In this document: one piece after another, positions 57,249-64,000 of the stretch
Position numbering within the stretch: the first letter of the stretch is position 1
Layout of the letters: every line of letters begins with the position of its first letter
NCBI GenBank assembly: GCA_963717145.1
Contig: OY970325.1
Coordinates: 4,096,001 to 4,160,000 of the forward strand
Direction of reading: 5' to 3'
DNA length: 64,000 nt
Origin: an uncultured Armatimonadetes bacterium
GTDB taxonomy: Bacteria; Armatimonadota; UBA5829; DTJY01
The notes under the pieces: model-generated
The model's database searches: none
Told to the model about the DNA's origin: nothing
The model's input: only the letters and a program-made list of their open reading frames with translations
Position numbers and translations under genes: made by a program

Positions 57249-58103
57249 TCAGCAACCTCCCCTGGGCTTGGTTGCGCGAACGAACGCACTGATGATCGAG
57301 CCGACCAGTGTGGCGACCCCCTCTGTCCCAAGCTCCCGGATCACGTCCTCGGGCACGATGCCATTGGCGTCCTCAGTGGAATAGGTCCGAGCGATCTCGA
57401 CAGACGGATAGGCAAACCCTGCGTCGAGGAGCTTGGCCTTGTAGTCATCGACATGAAGCGCGCCGGCGACGCATCCCGCCCAGAGCGCGAGATGTCTCTC
57501 CAATTCGGCGGAGAGCGGCCGTGTCAGCACGATATCGGCAACGGCGAACCGACCGCCCGGCTTGAGCACCCGGAACGCCTCCCGGAGCACCTGGTCCTTG
57601 TCGGTCGAGAGGTTGATCACGCAGTTACTGATGATCACATCCACCGAGCAGTCCGGGAGCGGGATGCTCTCGATCTCGCCTCTGAGGAACTCGACGTTCT
57701 CGACGCCGGCTTCCTTCTGGTTCTGACGTGCGAGCGCGAGCATCTCGTCGGTCATATCGAGGCCGTATGCCTTGCCGGTCGGTCCGACGCGCCGGGCCGA
57801 GAGCAGGACATCGATCCCGCCGCCGCTTCCGAGATCGAGCACGACCTCGCCCGGCTTCAATTCCGCGAGGGCGAGCGGATTCGCGCATCCCATCGAGGCG
57901 AGCAACGCCTCGACCGGGATGCCCTGGGTCTCGGCCTCGGTGTAGAGGTCGCGGGTGATCGCATCCTTGCACGGGGCACCGCCGCAACAACTGGTTTCCT
58001 TATGCTCGCCCGCGTTCACCGCGACCTGGCCGTACTTCTCCTTCACGTAATCCTTGATGGTGTTCCCACCACCCGACGAACCGCAGCAACATTTCTCTGA
58101 CAT
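57249..58103 (-). CDS. arsM: Arsenite methyltransferase
   Basis: [31 protein letters not shown]. Confidence 0.92.
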   Translation of the reverse strand: MSEKCCCGSSGGGNTIKDYVKEKYGQVAVNAGEHKETSCCGGAPCKDAITRDLYTEAETQGIPVEALLASMGCANPLALAELKPGEVVLDLGSGGGIDVLLSARRVGPTGKAYGLDMTDEMLALARQNQKEAGVENVEFLRGEIESIPLPDCSVDVIISNCVINLSTDKDQVLREAFRVLKPGGRFAVADIVLTRPLSAELERHLALWAGCVAGALHVDDYKAKLLDAGFAYPSVEIARTYSTEDANGIVPEDVIRELGTEGVATLVGSIISAFVRATKPRGGC

Positions 58104-58206
58104 TGTTGTCCTCCTTATGTGACCACTTCGCTAATCAAGCACCGTCTAGTCCTGAGTATGCCGGTGAATGACGGCATACTCAGGACTAGGCGGGTGTCCC
58201 TGCTCA

Positions 58207-58527
58207 TCACAGCTTGCATGCCGCCATCTTGTGTTCTGCATCCGCGCGGATGACCGCATCTATGCACCCGAGGAAATCGAGGATGCATGGGCAGCAGAGT
58301 CGGTAGTAAACCTGCAAGCCCTCTTTGCGGTCGGACACGATACCGGCATTCCTCAGCACCGCAAGATGTTTCGATACCGTGGACATATCCGATCCGACGA
58401 GCGCCTGCAGTTCGCAGACGCACAGCTCCCCGTCCGCGAGCGCCTCGACCATCGCGAGACGGCTTGGGTGCGACATCGCCTTTATCACCTGGGCCTTGGC
58501 CCTGTAATGTCCCTCGTCGTATGTCAT
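58207..58527 (-). CDS. arsR: ArsR/SmtB repressor
   Basis: ELCVCEL, STVSKHL. Confidence 0.92.
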   Translation of the reverse strand: MTYDEGHYRAKAQVIKAMSHPSRLAMVEALADGELCVCELQALVGSDMSTVSKHLAVLRNAGIVSDRKEGLQVYYRLCCPCILDFLGCIDAVIRADAEHKMAACKL

Positions 58528-59588
58528 CCCGCGGCCTCACAGATCGGCTCGAACCATCTCTTGCGGAACGCGAACGCCACGTTCACCAGGCCGATCATCA
58601 CCGGCACCTCGACGAGCGGGCCGATCACCGCCGCAAACGCCGCGCCCGAGTTGATGCCGAATACGGCGACCGCCACCGCAATCGCCAGCTCGAAGTTGTT
58701 GCTGGCGGCGGTGAACGAGAGGGTAGTCGTCTTGCCGTAATCAGCACCGACCTTCCGTCCCATGTAGAACGACACCAGGAACATGAGCACGAAGTAGATC
58801 AGCAGCGGGACGGCGATCCTGAGCACGTCGAACGGCTGACCGATGATCTTCTCGCCCTGGATGCTGAACATGACGATGATCGTGAACAGCAGCGCCACGA
58901 GCGTGATCGGGCTCACCCTCGGAACGAATTCGCGCTCGTACCACTCACGGCCTTTGAGTCGCAGGAGGATGAACCGCGTGAACATTCCGCCCAGGAACGG
59001 CACTCCCAGGTAGACGAAGACGCTCTTCGCGATCTGCCCGATGCTGACGTGGACTGCGATCCCTTTGAGGCCGAAGAGCGGCGGGAGCACCGTGATGAAA
59101 ACGTAGGCGAACACCGAGTAGAAGAGCACCTGGAAGATCGAGTTGAAGGCGACGAGCCCGGCGGCATACTCACGGTCGCCGTCCGCGAGGTCGTTCCAGA
59201 CGATCACCATCGCGATGCACCGCGCGAGGCCGATCATGATCAGGCCGACCATATACTCCGGGTAGCCGCGCAGGAAGACGATCGCCAGGAGGAACATGAG
59301 GATCGGACCGATCACCCAGTTCTGCACCAGGGAGAGCGCCAAGATCCTGAAGTCGCGAAATGCCTCGCCGAGCCGCTCATACTTCACCTTGGCGAACGGC
59401 GGATACATCATCAGAATAAGCCCGATCGCGATCGGGATGTTCGTCGTCCCGACCTGGAACCGGTTGATGAACGGGACCACCCCGCTTACCAGGTAGCCGA
59501 GCGAGACTCCGACCGCCATCGCCGCGAAAATCCACACCGTCAGATAGCGGTCGAGACATGATAGCTTCTTGCCGATACCATCGGCCAT
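58524..59588 (-). CDS. acr3: Acr3 arsenite efflux pump
   Basis: [36 protein letters not shown]. Confidence 0.95.
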   Translation of the reverse strand: MADGIGKKLSCLDRYLTVWIFAAMAVGVSLGYLVSGVVPFINRFQVGTTNIPIAIGLILMMYPPFAKVKYERLGEAFRDFRILALSLVQNWVIGPILMFLLAIVFLRGYPEYMVGLIMIGLARCIAMVIVWNDLADGDREYAAGLVAFNSIFQVLFYSVFAYVFITVLPPLFGLKGIAVHVSIGQIAKSVFVYLGVPFLGGMFTRFILLRLKGREWYEREFVPRVSPITLVALLFTIIVMFSIQGEKIIGQPFDVLRIAVPLLIYFVLMFLVSFYMGRKVGADYGKTTTLSFTAASNNFELAIAVAVAVFGINSGAAFAAVIGPLVEVPVMIGLVNVAFAFRKRWFEPICEAAG

Positions 59589-59735
59589 TCGCGAACCTCC
59601 TCTGTAGGGAACGGCCGCTGTCCCGTTCCGCCTCACGTAGGGAACGGTCGCCGCCCTGTTCCGCCTCGACGACGGGAGTCGTCAAGGCATCGTGGCGTGA
59701 TCCCCTGACGACTCCCGTCGTCGGGGCGCACCGTA

Positions 59736-59773
59736 CTATTTGGCATTATAGCCAAATAGCCAAATGGTGTCAA
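59736..59773 (-). promoter_or_regulatory. ars operon promoter with an overlapping inverted-repeat operator
   Basis: Perfect TTGACA-N17-TATAAT; IR CTATTTGGC-N6-GCCAAATAG (59736-59759) spanning the -10. Confidence 0.85.
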
Positions 59774-59781
59774 GGGGTCGT

Positions 59782-59875
59782 GTAGGAGGGATTCTGCGGG
59801 ATGGTTTGTGCCCGCTAGTTCCGAATGAGGGGAGGTCGGGATTACCGGGCACAAACCATCCCGCATAATCCCTAC
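59782..59875. repeat. GTAG-REP-like palindrome
   Basis: gggattctgcgggatggtttgtgccc...gggcacaaaccatcccgcataatccctac. Confidence 0.75.
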
Positions 59876-60618
59876 AGCTCGGTCTTCTCTTTGGCGGCCC
59901 GCATGGCTTCTCTCTTCGCCTTGATCTCCGCCATCAAGTCGTGCATGCGGTCGAGTGCCGCTGCCTCTCCCTCGTTGCGCGGCGCGTACCACGGATGACG
60001 GACCCTCATGGTGAGGGATGAGCAGATCGGCTCGTCGGGGAATGCGCCGGGGTCGAACAACTCATAGTCGCGGAACCGTGTCGGCTGCTCCTGGTAGCAG
60101 GACCAGACGGCATCGCGCACCAGCATGGGATCGCCTTCGTCCAGCAGATCGATGATCCTGATCTGCCGTCGAAAGCGCTCGATGGCATCAATGGGGATGT
60201 TGTACAGATACGGTGTAAGAGCCTCCGAACCAATGATCCTCCGGTCGTCACCCACGCCGTTGAGAAGCAACGCATTCAGGGTTTGTCCGACGAGATGCCC
60301 CGGCGATTCAGGGCCGCAGATCACGAGGTAGCGGATGTTGGGATTGGCCACGATGTTGCAGATCACCTTCTCGATGCCGATATTCTCCGTCTGGAGCGTA
60401 CCGGCGAGCGCCGCGCCTGTCTCTATCCCAATTCGCACCAACTGCTCGATGCCGGGTGGTATGGCGTCGTCGGGCCACTTGAGGACCGCACACACGGCCA
60501 CAGGGGACAGGTCATTCCCGCGCAGGTAGCGCCCCTCTTCGGGTGGATACTCGGCGGGCGGCGTCACCTTGAAACCAGGGTTAGGCTTCCAGACCCGGGC
60601 GTCATCGTCATCCCGCAT
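59872..60618 (-). CDS. MtrA-like corrinoid-binding protein with no membrane anchor
   Basis: YPP..G.Y..G...SPVAV, G.L.TEN.GIEKVI.N.VANPNIR.L..CG.E..GH..GQ, Y.YNI...AIERFR.Q. Confidence 0.82.
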   Translation of the reverse strand: MRDDDDARVWKPNPGFKVTPPAEYPPEEGRYLRGNDLSPVAVCAVLKWPDDAIPPGIEQLVRIGIETGAALAGTLQTENIGIEKVICNIVANPNIRYLVICGPESPGHLVGQTLNALLLNGVGDDRRIIGSEALTPYLYNIPIDAIERFRRQIRIIDLLDEGDPMLVRDAVWSCYQEQPTRFRDYELFDPGAFPDEPICSSLTMRVRHPWYAPRNEGEAAALDRMHDLMAEIKAKREAMRAAKEKTEL

Positions 60619-61072
60619 TGCCGATCTCCTTCGCCTCGATGCTTCGGTGCAACACTATCGGCAGGCAGAGAAGAATGAACCCGACGTCCCTGGCGATCAG
60701 GCTCCAGCCGACTGTGTCGCCGGCGTGCGAAAGGGTGAAGCAGCCGCACTCGATGCTCAACCCGCGAGCCATGGCCGAAGCCGCGGCCGCGATGAACACG
60801 ATGTTCAGCCCGGCGAGCAGAATCCCGCCACTTCTCAGGAAGACGCCTGTGATCAACGACAGGCCGCACAGCACCTCAACCCAGGGCATCACGATGGCGA
60901 AAACGTTGACGGTCGGGACGGGGAGAAGGCGAAATCCTGCCACGCTGTCCGCGAAATCCGACGGCTTCAGGATCTTGCCAACCGCAGCATAGATGAAGAT
61001 CGCGGCCAGGGCCAGGCGGCATACGATTGCGACAGTCTTGTTGCGAAGGATCCAGTCCAGCGTCCTGTGCAT
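60608..61072 (-). CDS. DoxX/MauE-family membrane protein
   Basis: RLAL..IF.YAA.GKI, PW.E...G, ARGLSIECGCF. Confidence 0.85.
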   Translation of the reverse strand: MHRTLDWILRNKTVAIVCRLALAAIFIYAAVGKILKPSDFADSVAGFRLLPVPTVNVFAIVMPWVEVLCGLSLITGVFLRSGGILLAGLNIVFIAAAASAMARGLSIECGCFTLSHAGDTVGWSLIARDVGFILLCLPIVLHRSIEAKEIGNAG

Positions 61073-61758
61073 CAGTCGCCTGCCTTCATTCCGGATGAAG
61101 TCGGGTATCCGGCGTCCGTCCATCCGGGCAGGCCTTCGAGCATGATCACCACGCGGGTGTGCCCGAGCGCGACGAGTGCATCCGCCAGTTTGATCGCGGA
61201 CGAGCACTGCACATCGCTGCAATAGGTTACCAGCAGCCGATCTTTCGGAATCTTGCCGAGGACTTTCTCGTAGTCCTCCTCGACCGACTCGTACCCGAGC
61301 CATAGCGCACCGGCTATGTGTTCTGCCTCATAGTCCTCGACTGCTCGTGCGTCCAGGAAGATCGCGCTCTTGTTGTCGTAGCAGGCTTTCGCGTCACTGA
61401 GGTTCGTGAAGAGCGCCTGGATCTTCTGCGCCGCAGGCTTGGGCTTCGTCGCTCCGGGGATCGGTGCGACTTCAGTCTTCGGCTTCACAGGCTCGGACTC
61501 CTTGATCGGCTTCTCGGGCGACACGGTTGCCGGCGCCGACTCGATTGCGGTCGGCTTTGCGCTCGGCGCAGGAGTCGGCTTGCGTTGTGGCGACTGGGCC
61601 ATCAGCAGCTCCCTCTTGACCGTGAGCCTCGTCTCGGAAAGCGGCTTCCGGATGAGCGGCAGACCGTCAGAGCGCAAGGCATTCGAGGTGATGCCGAGAA
61701 CGATCGCGATGGCCAGGAGAATCCCGGCCTGAGCGATAACTCTACGAGCTGCCGGCAT
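61072..61758 (-). CDS. Membrane-anchored rhodanese-domain protein
   Basis: FLDAR...Y...HIAGA, TYCSDVQC, GL.GW..AGYP. Confidence 0.85.
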   Translation of the reverse strand: MPAARRVIAQAGILLAIAIVLGITSNALRSDGLPLIRKPLSETRLTVKRELLMAQSPQRKPTPAPSAKPTAIESAPATVSPEKPIKESEPVKPKTEVAPIPGATKPKPAAQKIQALFTNLSDAKACYDNKSAIFLDARAVEDYEAEHIAGALWLGYESVEEDYEKVLGKIPKDRLLVTYCSDVQCSSAIKLADALVALGHTRVVIMLEGLPGWTDAGYPTSSGMKAGD

Positions 61759-63133
61759 CCTTCGTGGCCTCCTTTACGATGTTTCCATATACAGGTAGAC
61801 TGATTGACTGGCCTTCGGGGAGGTCAGTGACGATCTTCAATTGTTCCATCACCCTGTCCTCGACTTTGCCGGCAGTCACCACCAGGCTGAGTTTGTAGCT
61901 GCCCTTGCCGTCCTTGAGCGGCTTGAAGCTGGTGATGCGCGCGTACTTCCCCGGCTCAGTCTTGACGATCTTGAATGGCTTGGGAGTCAGCGGCGTGAGA
62001 GTGATCGTCGTTTCGTACTTCCCGCCAGGCTTGAGAGTTCCGAAACTGACGGTGTCGGGACTGAGCTTGGCAATCGGCTGAATCTCGGCTTGCACGGTGA
62101 GCATTATCTTCTCGTGCGCGGGATCATTCGTCTTGACCAGGACGCGCTTCTGTACCTTGCCTTCGTAACCCGAAGAGTCGAACGCGATCTCCACCTTCTC
62201 TGAAGCGCCGGGAGCAATCGGGGGAATCGAGGCCCTGACGACCCTGGTGCACGTGCATATCGCCGTGGTCTTCGTTATCTCCAACGGCGACTTCCCTGTG
62301 TTCTTGTAAGCGAATACCGCCGTGCCCTTCTGTCCTGTGGCAATCTTGCCGAAATCGAATACGGTCTTCTCGAACTCGATGGTCGGCGCCATCGACGGGT
62401 CTACGGCGACGGGAGGCGGTTGTGCCCCATTTCCGGCCCCGGACATCACGTTTCCGTACAGGTAGTGGGCTATGGACGGGTTACCGGGAAGGTCGGTAAC
62501 GATGCTCAGTTGTCCGAATATCCTCTCGGGGGCCTCACCTGCGGTTACCTGGACCTTCACGGAGTACTTTCCATCCGCTCTGGGCGTCTTGTCGAATGCC
62601 TTCACGGTCACCTGCTTGGTGCCGCCGTCTACGCTTAGTATCTTGAACTTCTGTTTTACCAACGGAGTGATCAGAATCTCTGTCTCGGTAGTCGAATGAG
62701 GCTTAAGGTTGCCGAGTGTGGTCTGGGGAGGGGTCAAGTCGGCGATAGGCAGCACCTCGCCTACTATCGACAGTGTTGTCGTCGGATGGTCCGGATCGTT
62801 GGTTGCGACGGAGATCGTCTTGCCGATCGGCCCTCTGAAGCCGGAGGAGCTGAACACTGCCTCGATTGACGCGGACTTGCCAGGGAGCACTTTGACCTGA
62901 GTGGCTTTGGCATCGGTGCAGCCGCAGGACGCGCGCAACTTTTTGATCTCCAGTTCGGCATCGCCCGTGTTCTTGAACGGGAAGACCGCCTTGACCTTCT
63001 CCCCTTCGAGGGGCGTGCCGATGTCGAAGCTGGTCTTCTCAAACTCGATCGTCGCTGCTGCCATAGACGGCATGCTTGTGAGCAGATAGAGGCCTAACAG
63101 CAGGCCGATCATAGTAAGATAACGTAGTCTCAT
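61742..63133 (-). CDS. Exported protein with two DUF1573 (Ig-like, CxC) units
   Basis: FKNTG..L.I....SCGCT...PG...I.....S and a second unit with CTCT. Confidence 0.8.
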   Translation of the reverse strand: MRLRYLTMIGLLLGLYLLTSMPSMAAATIEFEKTSFDIGTPLEGEKVKAVFPFKNTGDAELEIKKLRASCGCTDAKATQVKVLPGKSASIEAVFSSSGFRGPIGKTISVATNDPDHPTTTLSIVGEVLPIADLTPPQTTLGNLKPHSTTETEILITPLVKQKFKILSVDGGTKQVTVKAFDKTPRADGKYSVKVQVTAGEAPERIFGQLSIVTDLPGNPSIAHYLYGNVMSGAGNGAQPPPVAVDPSMAPTIEFEKTVFDFGKIATGQKGTAVFAYKNTGKSPLEITKTTAICTCTRVVRASIPPIAPGASEKVEIAFDSSGYEGKVQKRVLVKTNDPAHEKIMLTVQAEIQPIAKLSPDTVSFGTLKPGGKYETTITLTPLTPKPFKIVKTEPGKYARITSFKPLKDGKGSYKLSLVVTAGKVEDRVMEQLKIVTDLPEGQSISLPVYGNIVKEATKDAGSS

Positions 63134-63161
63134 GTGACTCCTCCCGGGTATTACTTAGCTG

Positions 63162-63860
63162 TCAGACCTCTTGTCCCATCCGCACCGCTGATCCTGCAAC
63201 GGTCCTGCCTTCTACAAGCTCGACCACACGACCGGCGCGGGCTGCCATGCGTGGATCATGAGTGACCATTACTATGGTTATACCCTCATCGATCAGATTC
63301 TGCAACATATCGGTTACACTGTCAGCGGTTGCTGGGTCGAGGTTGCCGGTCGGCTCATCGGCGAGGATGATTGACGGGCTGTTGGCCAGCGTCCTTGCCA
63401 GCGCCACCCGCTGCTGCTGGCCGACGCTCAGTTCCGACGGCTTGTGGTGAAGACGGTTTCCCAGGCCCACCTTGTGCAAAACGGATTCAGCGATGCCCTG
63501 TTGTTCATCTCGCGTCTTGCCGGCGATCATGAGCGGCACCTGCGTGTTCTCGAGGGCCGTCAGGTACGGTATCAGGTTGAAGGTCTGGAACAGGAAACCG
63601 ATCTGCGACCTCCGGAGTTCGATGCGCTCGGCTGGCCGGAGATCGTAGATCGAAACGCCGTTGATCAAGACCTTGCCGGATGTGGGGCGGATCAGTCCGC
63701 CAAGGCTGAGCAGCAGAGTCGTCTTGCCACTTCCGCTCGGGCCGACCAGTGCCACGTACTCGCCCGGCTCGATACTGAGATCGACGCCGGCGAGACCGGC
63801 GACTTCCTTGCTTCCCCGTCCGTAGTTCTTAGAGAGCGATTCGGCGGCTAGAATGGTCAT
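63162..63860 (-). CDS. ABC ATPase (LolD/MacB-type)
   Basis: [26 protein letters not shown]. Confidence 0.93.
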   Translation of the reverse strand: MTILAAESLSKNYGRGSKEVAGLAGVDLSIEPGEYVALVGPSGSGKTTLLLSLGGLIRPTSGKVLINGVSIYDLRPAERIELRRSQIGFLFQTFNLIPYLTALENTQVPLMIAGKTRDEQQGIAESVLHKVGLGNRLHHKPSELSVGQQQRVALARTLANSPSIILADEPTGNLDPATADSVTDMLQNLIDEGITIVMVTHDPRMAARAGRVVELVEGRTVAGSAVRMGQEV

Positions 63861-63861
63861 G

Positions 63862-64000
63862 CTATCCCTCCATCAGGATCGTCGCCGGATCGAGGCCGGC
63901 CGCGCTCCGTGCCGGTATCGCGGTGGCGAGGACGCTCAGGGCCACTGAGATGAGCAGCGCCCAGGCGAGCAGCGACGGCATCGGGAGCACGGGGATCTGC
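63862..64000 (-). CDS. 3' end of a FtsX/MacB-type ABC permease (truncated by the window edge)
   Basis: ...LATAIPARSAAGLDPATILMEG*. Confidence 0.85.
   Translation of the reverse strand, partial: QIPVLPMPSLLAWALLISVALSVLATAIPARSAAGLDPATILMEG

Noticed and set aside
48518-60618. Functional link between the pterin cluster and the MtrA-like gene (methanopterin-like C1 pathway)
   Set aside because: Opposite strands, about 7 kb apart, ordinary folate/monapterin genes, and no methanopterin biosynthesis genes seen
1-64000. tRNA, rRNA, prophage or integrase genes
   Set aside because: None recognised by eye; a tRNAscan/Rfam run would be needed to exclude them fully

Overview
A GC-rich bacterial window. 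The lineage is not determined; PEP-CTERM protein, Tat-exported enzymes and multiheme cytochromes suggest an anaerobe, possibly Armatimonadota-like (inference). Housekeeping and metabolic content: tetrapyrrole and cytochrome c genes (heptaheme cytochrome-ccsA-frameshifted sirC/cysG-hemA-ccsA, plus hemB and an ahbD-like gene), topA, a selD with an in-frame UGA (selenoprotein, missed by the ORF track), a pterin cluster (PCD-folM-folB-folE, with folE broken by IS1182) and an arsenic operon (acr3-arsR-arsM-arsP-thioredoxins-ccdA). Mobile DNA: four IS elements with visible ends and target duplications (ISKra4, IS481, an rve/ISNCY-like element, IS1182), two MITEs sharing the ISKra4 termini, and many REP-like palindromes, some inserted in frame inside enzymes. 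Top novelty candidates: (1) two tandem sigma54-promoted ~70-nt sRNA paralogs (29779-30070) whose shared CU-rich seed is complementary to the SD/AUG region of a neighbouring ~365-nt structured transcript that has its own promoter and terminator (28377-28745); (2) a bacterial, anchorless MtrA-like corrinoid protein at the end of an ABC/DUF1573/rhodanese/DoxX operon just upstream of the ars-arsM operon; (3) a lower-GC cassette with a fused N6-MTase-TRD gene and a Swt1-like HEPN gene but no restriction endonuclease. All calls come from reading the sequence by eye; no database searches were run.
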